Positions 37,251 to 49,697 of a stretch of 64,000 nt of DNA are shown here, one piece after another. This stretch comes from Mobula birostris. Lineage: Eukaryota. How positions within the stretch are numbered: position 1 is the stretch's first letter; every line of letters begins with the position of its first letter. The stretch spans positions 31,971,792 through 32,035,791 of the forward strand of contig NC_092382.1 of assembly GCF_030028105.1 (NCBI RefSeq). Reading direction: 5' to 3'. The notes under the pieces were generated by a model that saw nothing but the letters and a program-made list of their open reading frames with translations, did no database searches and was not told where the DNA came from. The position numbers and the translations under genes are program-made.

Positions 37251-38222
37251 CAGAGGCCGGGAGACTAAAATGAACAAGACTGGAAGGCGGGTAAATGCCA
37301 CTAGCTCAGCTAGAATATTTTGCGGGATAAAGGAGTCCTGTCTGACCCTAACAATGCCCTTGCAAAATCAGCTACTGATTTGCTGATGATGCCTGTTGGG
37401 ATCAGAGGCAGAGATGTCGAAATACCAGATCTTATTACAGCTTGCAGACCGTTGTCGTTTTGACAGTAGAAAGCTGATGCAGTTTCCAAAATTGCGCAAC
37501 ATATGTACTGGGCATGTCTTTTTTCTCGGAAGCTGTGAAAACATTGTCAGGAAATGTGCATCTGTCATGCAACGAATTTCAACAGAAGGTTAGTAAGATA
37601 CATCCCGCAGTTTGGCGTGGTTTTGAGTTCGTTTCGTGTTAACAGAAGGTGGCGGAATTCTGGAAGGCTTTGATAGGAGGAGTACTTAACCGACCACGGA
37701 TTCAAAACACTGAGCACCGTCAACTCCAACGCCAGTTTCAGATCACAAGAGGTGTATATGTGAGGCTCCCTTGCTCTTCTGATGTATTTCCGGGTTTCCC
37801 TGTTGGAAACTCTGCAAGCATAAACACCAGTGTGATTGAAAGTCTGGGCAGCGGTGGGGAACTGTTCAATGAACTGAAAAGGGGAAGATATTATATCGAG
37901 CCACAGGATTTACACTTGCGAAAGAAATGGTGACAGTTGACGGCAGATGAATATGAATCAGTTTTGGGATGCGAGACATGCTGAGATATTAAAGTACGTC
38001 TGAATACAATGGATTGGGAGGTTCGTCATGTGTCCAAACATACCTGTATATTCTTCTCACAATTTAACCGCTAATTATCATATTACCTGTCCATTTTTAA
38101 TCCACAGCAAAATCATGAGATTTGTCATTGACTGAGTAGCTCTATAGATTTTATTGACCGCTGAGGTACACAGGAATAAACATTAGATTTTCTGCAGACC
38201 CGGCACCTGATTAGCGCACCAT

Positions 38223-38402
38223 NNNNNNNNNNNNNNNNNNNNNNNNNNNNNNNNNNNNNNNNNNNNNNNNNNNNNNNNNNNNNNNNNNNNNNNNNNNNNN
38301 NNNNNNNNNNNNNNNNNNNNNNNNNNNNNNNNNNNNNNNNNNNNNNNNNNNNNNNNNNNNNNNNNNNNNNNNNNNNNNNNNNNNNNNNNNNNNNNNNNNN
38401 NN
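38223..38402. other. Assembly gap within gene B intron 2
   Basis: N run. Confidence 1.
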
Positions 38403-39830
38403 CTGCTCACAATTCTCCAGGTGAGGCCTCACTGGTGCTTAAAGGGTTAAAATATTACATCGTTGCTTTTATAATCTCGTGCACTTGAAATTAATGCGAA
38501 CATTGCATTTGCCTTCCTCTCCACAAAATCAACATGAAAATTAAACTGTACTGAATCCTGCACAAGGACTGTACAATGCTCTTTAATATGTTGTATTTTC
38601 TCTCCACTTAGGGGATATTCAACTCTCATTTACTTACCAAAGTGCATGACCGTTCGCTGACCGGCACTGTATTCCATCTGCCATTTCTTTGCCCATTCTC
38701 CTAATATGTCTAAGTCCTTATGTGGCCTCTCTAACTCCTCAAAGCTACATGCCCCTCCGCGTGTATTCATGTCGTCTGCAAACTTTATAAGAGTGCAATC
38801 AATTCCATCGTCCAAATCATTGACACTGAACAGGAAAATAATAGGCCCTAACACAGACCACCCTGGAACACCACTAGTCACTGTCAGACAGCCAGATAAA
38901 AGCTCACTATTTGGCTTTCGCCAATCGGCCACTACTAATCCATGCTAGATCTTTCCTGTAATACTATTAACTCGGAGCTTGTAAAACAGCCTCATGTATG
39001 GCACCGTGTCATGGCCTTCTGAAAATTCAACCGGTTATTGTTTGTCGATCCTGCCTGTTATTTATTACAAAGATTCCAACAGATTTGTCAGGCAAGATTT
39101 CGCCCTCAGGGAAGCATGGTGACTGTAGCCTATTCTGCCATGTGACCCAAGTACCCTGAGACCTCATCTTCAATAATCGACTCCTTTCCAAACAATTCTG
39201 ACCAACTTCCCTCTCATGGGTCTGTAATTCAATTTACACCATTGTAATACTGAAACATAGAACTTCAGCTTCTCCTTCACAAATTGCAGAGTGAATTCGA
39301 TCATATTATAAACAATTCCGAGAAGTTGTTTGTTCCCTTTTCCCTTAAGGTCTCGACTCAATTCTGGATAATTGCTCAACACCAAATCCAGAATAGACTT
39401 TCTGCTTCTCGGCTCTACCATGAGCTTCCCTGAAACGCCAGCTCGCAGCGACGCAGCAAGATCGCACTGCTGGAATTCAGCACCAACCTGATTTTCCCAA
39501 TCTATCTCATATTGAAATCCCCCATGGCTTATTGGAACACTTCCCCTTTTTCATGCATTTTCCATTACACGTTGTAATTTTAGGCCACATCATTATTCTG
39601 TTTGGTGATACTGCGCAACCCCCATCAGGGACTTTTTACCCTCGCTGTTCCACAGCTCTCTGCACATCAGTTTAATACATTCCGACCCACTTTCACCTCT
39701 TTCTAATAATTCAACTTCGTTTTTTTTCCCAATAGAGCAACGCCGACCCGCTTGTCCTCCTGCTTGACGTTTCGATACAATACGTCTCCTTGGACATCAA
39801 GCTCCCGGCTATAATTATTCCTCCTTGATT
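38403..39830 (-). mobile_element. Old CR1 ORF2 remnant shared with gene C (about 61900-62800)
   Basis: KFADD and SILDLVL remnants; colinear similarity. Confidence 0.7.
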
Positions 39831-40150
39831 CAGTGTTGCCTGCAATATTATAGGACTAATATTGTAGGTCCAGTAAGATGTATAAAGACAGAATATACGC
39901 GGAGGCCAGCTTATTCCCATTTGTTCCAGAGGACAATTAAACTATAGCAAGTTACTTAGTCCCGCTAAATAACAGCAGTAAAGCTTCAATCTCTGCGGGG
40001 TTTCATTCAGTCTGCGATTTGACCTGATATCGAAACACATGGGAATAAGAGATAGGAGTGGCGACGATATTGAGTTGGCGAAACACAAATACAGTGAAGG
40101 TGTAATTAAAACCAATCGTAAAACCATTTGCATTTTCATTGTAATTACAG

Positions 40151-40426
40151 AGCCAGTAACTGGGGTTACTGTGGTGGCCAATGATTCCACTCCCCTGGAA
40201 AACCTCGATACCATCGCACTGAGTTGTGACGCGTCGGGCCCTGTTCAGACACGGACATGGTTCAAGGATAACCAACCCATCCGGGAAAACAGAAGGATAT
40301 TTACATCTCCCGATAAGGCGAAACTGACTATAATCAGTGTTAACAGAAACGACGCAGGGGCGTACAAGTGCATCGCATGCAACCCAGCCAGCAGTGGCTC
40401 TGGAGAGACCTACGTGCAAGTTTACT
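40151..40426 (+). CDS. CEACAM-like gene B, IgC2 A-type domain exon
   Basis: 276-nt phase 1-1 exon EPVTGVTVVANDSTPLENLDTIALSC...WFKD...LTIISVNRNDAGAYKC...VQVY; Cys/Trp/DxGxYxC pattern intact, like CEACAM A domains. Confidence 0.9.
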
Positions 40427-40501
40427 GTAAGTACACAGTTAATCAACCGCGTTCATTTGTATCGGATATTACTATACTCGACAGGTATTCTCATTTTAGA
40501 G

Positions 40502-40760
40502 TTGGGCCAGAGAAGCAGAACATTCGACCGGAGAGTCCGGGTGTTTGGAATATTGTGTCAAACCTGACATTAACTTGCTTTGCTCGGTCAGTCCCTTGGG
40601 GTATGTATGCATGGTACAACAGGAACAAGCGCCTGCGGACAGGGCAGGAGCTCACCGTCGCGTCAGTGCGCTCGGTTGACGTTGGTTATTATGGATGTTA
40701 CGTTTTCTAGAGGATTTACCAAGAGGAGTTTTAATCTTACTGTCCAGGTTTATGCACAAG
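40502..40760 (+). pseudogene. Gene B IgC2 B-type exon, frameshifted (pseudoexon or soluble-isoform exon)
   Basis: GPEKQNI...LTLTC...YAW...DVGYYGC, then an extra T gives TAG at 40708-40710; length 259 (3n+1); weak GAG acceptor with a competing TAG 2 nt upstream. Confidence 0.75.
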
Positions 40761-41040
40761 GTGAATGAATGGGTCTCCCTCTAGTGTATACAAAAATACG
40801 ATGGTCTAAGATCCAAGCATTTGCCTTTCACGAACTCCACACTCCTCACTCCGTATCTTCACTCCTGTTTATAAGTGGTTCCTGAGAATAAAAGTATAGT
40901 CATAATAATAATATTTCCTTACCGATGCCAGGAGCGTTGAATGTTGGTTAGTGAATGTAAAATAACCTCCTCAATCACAAGGCAGCAACTATTTTATATT
41001 CACCATTTCCGTCCAGAACTGGTATGTTTTACTCCTGTTT

Positions 41041-42127
41041 TGTGAAAACCGTTCGGGACAGGTATCATGGTCCGTTCCCTTGTATCAGTTGGGCTGAATC
41101 AGAAGTTCCTGATACTCGTATTCGGGCTGAGAATATAAGAGGCCCTGCATTCGACCGTGGGTGCTGGTGCGTCTCGTCAGTGGGCCGGCCTCGCCTCCGT
41201 GGGGTAAAGCAGGCCGTTTTTGCCGTTGCCCTGCGGTTGGATCAGTCCCTTCCTGTTCTTGCCTCCGTTGGGTAAGCCATGCCGTCTTTGCCGTTACCCT
41301 CAGGCTGGACTGTTCCCTCCTTTCCCATTCCCTTCCTTCTGAAGCCTTTCCTTACCTGAGGCCTTGCCTGCGTCCTTGCCTGTAAGACAGTCAGGTTCTA
41401 CCGGCCAGAGGAAGACAGCAGCCTCGCTGTGTCTAGATATGTAAATGTCTTTCTGGTGTTGGGAACGGACTCTGCTTCCACGCCTTCGCTAAGTGGGTCC
41501 GGCCGTTTGCCGTTACCATGTGTTCAGAACCGTCTCTGTGTCCACGCCTTTGCAAGGTAGGTCAGGCCGTTTGCCGCTACCTTGTGTTGAGAACCGTCTT
41601 GTCGTGTTCAGCATTCTGTGTATGAGTCCGCTCTCTACGTCCTAATTCCAAGGAGGGGTCCCTGCTCAGTGTTCCATGTCCCTGTGTTTCTGTCTGTCGC
41701 AAGTCCGTGGTTCCGTGTTACCATGCTGTAGACCAAGGTTCCAAGCGTCCAGTCCTCGCCCACGGCTCCGAGCGTCCAGTCCTCGCCCAAAGCTGGGAGC
41801 GTCCAATCCTCGTCCAAGGCTCCGAGGTTCCTGTCTGCCAAGACCAGGTCATATCTTCGCCTAACTCCGGAGTCCGAACCCGAGTCAAGAACCAGGCTCT
41901 AGGTCCTTATCCAGCCTCTGGCTTGGAATCCAAGCCGAGGCTCCTAGTTCCCAGTTCCTTGTCCTGGTCCTGTTTTCTTAGCTAAAGTCCTAGCCCATAT
42001 ATCTGTTCCTGTCCCATCTCCTAGTCTGTGTCCTGTACCGTCACTAAGCCTAGTCCGGTCCAGTTCCTAGTACTTCAGCGTCCGTGTCTTGCATATGGGT
42101 CCGCTCCCGGCGCCCCCCTCTATGACA
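41041..42127. mobile_element. Putative solo-LTR-like element with internal tandem repeats
   Basis: TGT...ACA ends; its 3' part is shared with 30550-30845; its 5' start recurs at about 63975; no TSD seen. Confidence 0.4.
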
Positions 42128-42936
42128 CGAAGACGATATCGGAGGTGGTAAGACATACCAAAGGCTGAACAGTGGTGTATGTGCATTTTAGCGAGGTACT
42201 CGACAAGGTTCGCAAAGCTGGGATCATTCTGAAAGGCATCGTGAAGGAGTGGAGAGAAATGGGGCTACGTAGATTCAGAGTTGAATTGTGACAGATGAAA
42301 AAAGTGTTAATAGATGGCACCAGTTCTGGACTATAAGAGCATACGTCATAGGACAGGGAATTCGGCCATTCTGCCCATCGAGTCTTCATCGCCATTCACT
42401 CTTGGCTGATCCTTTTCCCCGCTCCTGAACCCTACTTCTTGGCCTTTTCCCCGTAACCTTTGATGCATTGTGCATTCAAGAACCTATCAAAATCTGCCTT
42501 AAATACACCCTACGAGCTGGCCCCCACTGCTTTCTGTGGTAGCAAATTTCACAAATTCACTAACTTCTGGCTGACGAAATTTCAGCGCACTCTATTTTAA
42601 ATTGACGCCCCTCTATCCTGAGGTTGTGCCTCCATATCCGAGAGTGCCCCACCGCATGAAACACGCTTTCCACATCTGCTCTCTCTAGGGCTTTCAACAT
42701 TCGGAAAATTCCAATGGGATTCCCAACCGCCCCCGTCTTTCTAAATTCAAACGAGTACGCCCCCAGCGCAATTAAACGCTCCTCGTATGTTAACCCTTTC
42801 ATTCCGGGAATAAGTCTTGTGACGCAATGTACAACTCTAAACTGACTCAGTGTAATTGCTGTGAAAATGAATTTGCCACTGATAAAGACGTGTTCTCGGA
42901 ATGTAAGATGAATATATTTCCCTTGTGTGTTATCAG

Positions 42937-43057
42937 CAAAAACAGATGGCAATTGTACCCCCGGCTCTGGCGCAATCGTGGGCATTGTGCTTGGTTTATT
43001 TGGCATGGGCCTGATCGGCGGAGTCAGTGGATGGTTGATCGCGAGGAAAACTGGCGG
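42937..43057 (+). CDS. CEACAM-like gene B, transmembrane exon
   Basis: 121 nt, KTDGNCTPGSGAIVGIVLGLFGMGLIGGVSGWLIARKTGG; resembles the GAIAGIVIG...KTG pattern of mammalian CEACAM1 TM. Confidence 0.88.
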
Positions 43058-43968
43058 GTAAATGCATGTTTTCTCCGAATATCGCCTCTACTTTCAATTG
43101 TAGAGTTTTTTTTTTTTGGCAGAAGTGGGACATCGGATGCTTTAACGCGAATTTGCTATGCGACAGGTGAATGCAGTAATTTACACTAGCCGGAAAGGGA
43201 AATAGATTAATATCTGGTGACAGTACATTGTCATGGCGCAGGAATGGAACAAGAACGGGACATAGATGTAGATACCCATCAAACACTGCTGTCCTTTCTG
43301 TGGGCGGTAAATCATATCAGACCATAACACCATAAGATATAGCAGCAGATGTAGGCCTTTCAGCCCATCGACACTGCTGCTCTATTCAATCATGGGTTGA
43401 CCCAATTCTTCCAGTCATCTCCACGCCCCTGCCTTCTCCCCATACCCTCTGATGCCCTGGCTAATGAAGAAACTATCTATCTCTGCTTTAAATACAGCGA
43501 ATGCCTTGACCTCCACAGCCGCTCGTGGCAACGAATTCCACAGATTTACCATAGTCTGACTAAAGTATTTTTTCCACAACACTGTTCTAAATGGAGGTCC
43601 TTCAACCCTGAAGTCGTGCCTTCTTGTCCTATAATCCCTTGCCATGGGAAATAACCTTGCAATATGTGACTGTATATTACCATGTCGGTAACATTCAACG
43701 TCGGGTATAATGGAGCAGTTGGTCAATCCTCGCGTCTCGTCTGGTGATTTTAACACAATGGGAACCGCTCGGACTCCACCTGTTTGCAGTTTTTTAAATC
43801 ACATTTCCCAAAAGGTGCTAAAATTGATCGGCAATTCTAAAATCATTCTACAGATCAGGGATAGTCTGTGGACAGAATCAGCATTAAGCTTCCACGTTCA
43901 TGGCTTCCGCTCACTGATGCATGTGTCACTTTCTCCTGGAAAACTGAGATGCGAAGGTCCAAAGCAGT

Positions 43969-44736
43969 ACATAGAAACATAGAAACATAGAAAATAGGTG
44001 CAAGAGTAGGCCATTCGGCCCTTCGAGCCTGCACCGCCATTAATTATGATCATGGTTGATCATCCAACTCAGAACCCCGCACCAGCCTTCCCTCCATACC
44101 CCCTGACCCCCGTAGCCACAAGGGCCATATCTAACCCCCTCTTAAATATAGCCAATGAACTGGCCTCAACTGTTCACTGTGGCAGAGAATTCCACAGATT
44201 CACCACTTTCTGTGTGAAGAAGTTTTTCCTAATCTCAGTCCTAAAAGGCTTCCCCTCTATCCTCAAACTGTGGCCCCTCGTTCTGGACTTCCCCAACATC
44301 GGGAACAATCTTCTTGCATCTAGCCTGTCCAATCCCTTTAGGATCTTATACGTTTCAATCAGATCCCCCCTCAATCTTCTAAATTCCAACGAGTACAAGC
44401 CCAGTTCATCCAGTCTTTCTTCATATGAAAGTCCTGCCATCCCAGGAATCAATCTGGTGAACCTTCTTTGTACTTCCTCTATGGCAAGGATGTCTTTCCT
44501 CAGATTAGGGGACCAAAACTGCACACAATACTCCAGGTGTGGTCTCACCAAGGCCTTGTACAACTGCAGTAGTACCTCCCTGCTCCTGTACTCGAATCCT
44601 CTCGCTATAAATGCCAGCATACCATTCGCCTTTTTCACCGCCTGCTGTACCGGCATGCCCACTTTCAATGACTGGTGTATAATGACACCCAGGTCACGTT
44701 GCACCTCCCATTTTCCTAATCGGCCACCATTCAGAT
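43969..44736 (-). mobile_element. Young CR1 3' insertion specific to gene B
   Basis: (ACATAGAA)n tail; AAGCAGT at 43962-43968 and 44739-44745 (likely TSD); absent from the paralogous intron of gene A. Confidence 0.9.
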
Positions 44737-44924
44737 GTAAGCAGTTATCGTCACTGTTGTTGAGATGGAGTAGGGCTGGATTTGGGAATCTGATAACGGG
44801 AACTTTCAAGTAATAACTGGGGAATTTCCAATGGATTGATAGGAATTATATCATTCGATGTATCAGCGCAAGAAAGTCACTTCCCGCCAAATTCATGTTT
44901 TGAACTTTGCTTCTGTTTATTCAG

Positions 44925-44980
44925 GATCAAAGATCTGCCACAATCGCAATACGGAGCGATCACCAATTCCGGAAGAAAGA
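44925..44980 (+). CDS. Gene B cytoplasmic exon 1 (IKDLPQSQYGAITNSGRK)
   Basis: 56 nt, TTCAG/GTGAGT, phase 2-1. Confidence 0.82.
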
Positions 44981-45960
44981 GTGAGTGATCTGCATTTCAA
45001 CTGTTCTGCTGCTGAGCTACTGGAAATCTTAATATTTCATTTAATTATGGTAGTTCCGAGTGAACAGAATCTGGAGGTTTTCATCCTAGCGAATTCGCAC
45101 GAATAATGATGTGTAACACTCGCTTCGCCTTGCAGCTCACATTTGGGGGTGATAACGCCCTGCCCGGCCATACTTAATAAATCTCGTTTGGATGGATGCT
45201 GCGCGATGTGTCCCCTGTTTCAAATCGGTATCCAGAAATAACAAACAGTGCACAATATGCTGTTAAACAATTAAGATTTATAACTCTGACTTAGACTATG
45301 TGGTTAGTAGAGAAACAACATATAAAAGAAAAAGGCGCCGATCCTTATCAAACAGGCTGTGCACATATCGTCGGAGCTCACTCAGCAGGATATTCTTTCC
45401 ACCTTTCGATTTCCTGCGAGCGTCGCCGAGCCCCGGACTTCCGCCCGGAGTTCAACCGGTCGGGCGGCCGACCGACTCTCACAAGTCGCGTCTCCTCTCC
45501 TCATTCCCCTCGTGCCTTCTGGCAAAAATCCGCGAAACAAACATCTTCCAGACACACAATAAACAACAACATTTCGCCCTTGGATAGCCATTGTAAATCA
45601 ATGTTCCGTTATCTCTGGTCATAACCCAAACATTGCAGCTACAGGAAAACCATTACCTCAGCAGTTAACATGACAGAGAAGCCAGTACAACTGCAAGGGT
45701 TGTTGGGATGTCCATTTAAATAAGTGGAAATTTTCAACTCAAAATTACAAAATCATTAGAGGGACGGCGTGATATTTTCCTTTCTGTATCTCATCTCAGT
45801 TATTTGTCGTCTATACACTGGATTGCCTGGTTCTGGCGTTTGAGGGAATGTGGTTCATGCTATAACTGGCATTTTTTTTGTGTCCGGATTGACATCTGCT
45901 TTTTTAACAACGACCCCTCATGCTCTTCCCTGCTGTGACATATCTGATTTGTTCCCGCAG

Positions 45961-46025
45961 CCACCTCGGATATAACCACTCTGATCGCATCGGGATCCTA
46001 CGAAAATTTCCCAAGGAATGAGCAG
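45961..46025 (+). CDS. Gene B cytoplasmic exon 2 (TTSDITTLIASGSYENFPRNEQ)
   Basis: 65 nt, CGCAG/GTTGG, phase 1-0. Confidence 0.82.
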
Positions 46026-47155
46026 GTTGGATCTTTGTATTGTGTTCATGATCTCAATGGCTGTTTTGCGAAGGGTAGATTAGAACACAAGTAATGTGAT
46101 GGGTATCGCTCATCGGGCCCTTTGGAGCTGATTGGGCATTACATAAGATCATGGATGATCAATTCCGTTTCTCATTCTCATTTACCAAGGAACGACGCCT
46201 CGAAATAGAACCATATTTGATGGCGTGAACATAGACCTTTTCCTCATGGAATTTTGTTCGCTTCCCACCTATTCTCCACACTGAATTCAAATATCTTCCC
46301 CTCCACCTGCCCAACAACTGCTTCTGGTGCCCCTCCTCTCTCTTTCCATTTCTGCCACCGTCTAGTCTCTCTTCAGCCCTTTACCTTTCTCCACTGTCCA
46401 TGCCCACCCATCGCCTTCCAGCTAGAAAACGGTCCGGTGCAATACTGCTTCCGCTTTTCCGCCTCCTTTCCAGTTCAGTGGAAGGGTCTCGGCCGAAACC
46501 GTGGACTGTTTGTTAATTTCCATTGATGCTGCTGAAACGCTGCGTTCCTCCGGCAATGACTCTGTGTTGCTCTGCACCTGCAGAATTTCTTCACTGGAGA
46601 CATCTGCGGTTTCCACACAATCCATAATTCTTGTACTCTGCAAAAACATATCTTGCTCTGACTGGATTATATTTCATGAAGGACTTTGTAAATGTCCGAT
46701 CAAAGCGGGCAAGTCACAGAGTGAAGGCACGGTCAGGTCTGCCCACGCCCACTGTGATCAGCTATGATCTTTGTGAGAGTTTACGAGAAAGAGCAAATAC
46801 GGTCAGCATCCTGAGGCCACAAGTCCATATCCCCAATCTGTCACGTGCACGTTCTGACCCAGACTAATCTCGCAGGGTGAATGATTTTTAATATGAGTTC
46901 CTCATGAAGTGAGCTACCATTATTGATGATTGCTTACTAATGATTTACTGTCGTTTGGGAACGTTCTTGATGTCAGCGAAAATATAGATTGTTCTCACAC
47001 TGAATCAGAAACACGCAGTGTGCAGAATGGCGAATGGTGCAATATTGCTCCAAGCAGCAATGAACGTGAAAATTGATACCGACGGGGTTGATATGCGGGG
47101 AGACAGAATACGCTTGGTTAGACGTCCAACAGAAATCTTCAAATTCTCGTTTCAG

Positions 47156-47197
47156 GGCGCAGGTAACAACGCACAAGATGGAAACTCCACTTACACG
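47156..47197 (+). CDS. Gene B cytoplasmic exon 3 (GAGNNAQDGNSTYT), first ITAM tyrosine
   Basis: 42 nt, TTCAG/GTGAG, phase 0-0. Confidence 0.82.
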
Positions 47198-48410
47198 GTG
47201 AGCGAATTATTTGTTCAATCCCTTTCTGAGTAATTGTTTCCACTTAACACAGTGAGAAACAGACCCTGAAGTGAGACATTCCATTGTGAGAATGACATCA
47301 AAGAGGCCACAATGGGGGACACAACAGTGGCGGATGAACTCATGAAGTATTATGTGTTGGTCCGCACTGTGGAGCAGACCGTCAGTATGACAGTGTCAGG
47401 ACACGGAAGTAGTTGCAGTCACGATAATAATAAGAGAATGTGAGGCATCCTGGAAGTGCTTAAGTCAACTGGACTAAACTGGACTAAATGGACGAGATTA
47501 ACCACACCCCGGGTCTCTGAAATATACCATAAGACGCCGCTTAAGTCCACATAAGAAATATGCCGCTGAAGAGGTAGCAGAGGAATTAGCAATAATTTCC
47601 CAAACTTCACATCAGTATGGAAATATTTGGGAGGACTGAAAGGTTGCAAATATCACTCTAGTCTCTCTGGAGGAAGGGAAACAGAGGACGGGTGATTGTA
47701 GGCGCCTTAGCTTACCTTCGGGGAGACGTCAGGTATGAGGAGCGCTTACTTACTGCAACCCCCTACTCACGGCAGTTCAGGAGGATGAGAGGTCGGACAC
47801 TTGAAACGTCGAATATTGAAAGACCCAAATAGAGTGGAAGTGGAGAGTACATCTAATTCCGGGGGACTCTGTGCCCAGAGGACAGAGCCTCAGAATACAG
47901 GGAACTCCCTTTGGAAGAGAGACTTTAGGAGCAATATCTTCAGCCGTAGTGTGGTGTACCCTGTGGAATTTATTGCCGGATATGGCAGTGTTGTCAAAGG
48001 TAGTGAAGCCAACATTACACTTGTCTGCTTTTCTACCTGCCAGTTAAATTTTAGTGAATCCTGCTCTAAGACTACTGAGTTGATAATTTCCTGATTAGAG
48101 AGAGTGTCAAACATTCTGGACAGAAGGCAAGTGATTGAGGGTGAGAATTGTAATGAATCAGCCATGATGAATGGCGGAGCAACCTTCGCCAAATTCTTCT
48201 CCTCTGTCTTATCGTCTTACGGTTCTCTCCTGTCTCCTGCGATAAGTAATAAGATCTCTTTCAACCCTTGTCCCTCTGTCCCACGGTCTATCCGAGCCGA
48301 CTTATTACATGTGTGGAAGTCCTTTTCGGTGTTATTCCAATTCTCCTCTATCACACAGTGCGTTTGTTATTAACTTCTGCAAATCACAATGATTTACTTG
48401 CGTTTAACAG

Positions 48411-48454
48411 GGACTGATTCTGGGCAACCGATCTCTTTACAGTGATCTGAAGAG
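48411..48454 (+). CDS. Gene B cytoplasmic exon 4 (GLILGNRSLYSDLK), completes the ITAM
   Basis: 44 nt, AACAG/GTAAGT, phase 0-2. Confidence 0.82.
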
Positions 48455-48756
48455 GTAAGTGAGCAGAACATGAGGCTATCGATGCAAAATGTGACTTGCG
48501 AAGGAAACGCGTCCATTATTGTCAGGCCAATGAGTTGAGCAGATTCCTGGCTGTGCCTGCTTTCAAATTACCCGGTGATTAACAGACGAAAGACATTTAA
48601 CACTGTGGGACATTTGTCATAGGCCTGTGGCCTTACGAGAGAGATAAATTATCTGCAAATTCTCATTGACACGGTGCCTGACGCCGAATAAGGAAATCTC
48701 GCCCGTATTTGGTCTCACCAACTTTATTTCCATCTGTTTGCTGAGATCGGTGAGAA

Positions 48757-49666
48757 GCTGGGTGGCAGTGTGAAAAGTGTTATGAGAATGCAGGGTGACT
48801 TGGACATGCTGGGTGAGTGGGCAGATGCATGACAGATGCAGTTTAATGTGGATAAATGTGAGGTTACCCACTTTGGTGGTAAGAACAGGAAGGCAGAATG
48901 TTATCTAAGTGGAGTCAAGTTAGGAAAAGGGGAAGTACAACGAGATCTAGGTGTTCTTGTACATCAGTCACTGAAAGCAAGCATGCAAGTACAGCAGGCA
49001 GTGAAGAAAGCTAATGGCATGCTGGCCTTCATAACAAGGGGAGTTGAGTATAAGAGCAAAGAGGTCCTTCTGCAGCTGTACAGGGCCCTGGTGAGACCAC
49101 ACCTGGAGTACTGTGTGCAGTTTTGGTCTCCAAATTTGAGGAAGGACATTCTTGCTATTGAGAGAGTGCAGCGTAGGTTCACAAGGTTAATTCCCGGGAT
49201 GGCGGGACTGTCATATGTCGAAAGATTGGAGCGACTGGGCTTGTATACTCTGGAATTTAGAAGGCTGAGAGGGGATCTTATTGAAACATATAAGATTATT
49301 AAGGGATTGGACACGCTGCAGGCAGGAAGCATGTTCCCGCTGATGGGTGAGTCCAGAACCAGAGGCCACAGTTGAAGAATTAGGGGTAGGCCATTTAGAA
49401 CGGATTTGAGGAAAACTTTTTTCACCCAGAGAGTGATGGATATATGGAATGCTCTGCCCCAGAAGGCTGTGGAGGCCAAGTCTCTGGATGCTTTCAAGAA
49501 AGAGATGGATAGAGTTCTTAAAGATGGCGGAATCAAAGGTTATGGGGATAAGGCAGGAACTGGTTACTGATTGTGGATGATCAGCCATGATCACACTGAA
49601 TGGCGGTACTGGCTCGACGGGTCGAATGGCCTACTCGTGCACCTATTGTCTATTGTCTATTGTCTA
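48757..49666 (+). mobile_element. CR1 3' insertion in the last intron of gene B
   Basis: ORF 48836-49375; (TCTATTG)n tail; absent from the 373-bp paralogous intron of gene A. Confidence 0.9.
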
Positions 49667-49697
49667 TTTAACATGAATTGTTTATTTATTTCCTCAG

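Noticed and set aside
40039-40710. 223-aa single-exon two-Ig protein
   Set aside because: The N-terminus is intronic with no signal peptide; a clear acceptor precedes 40151
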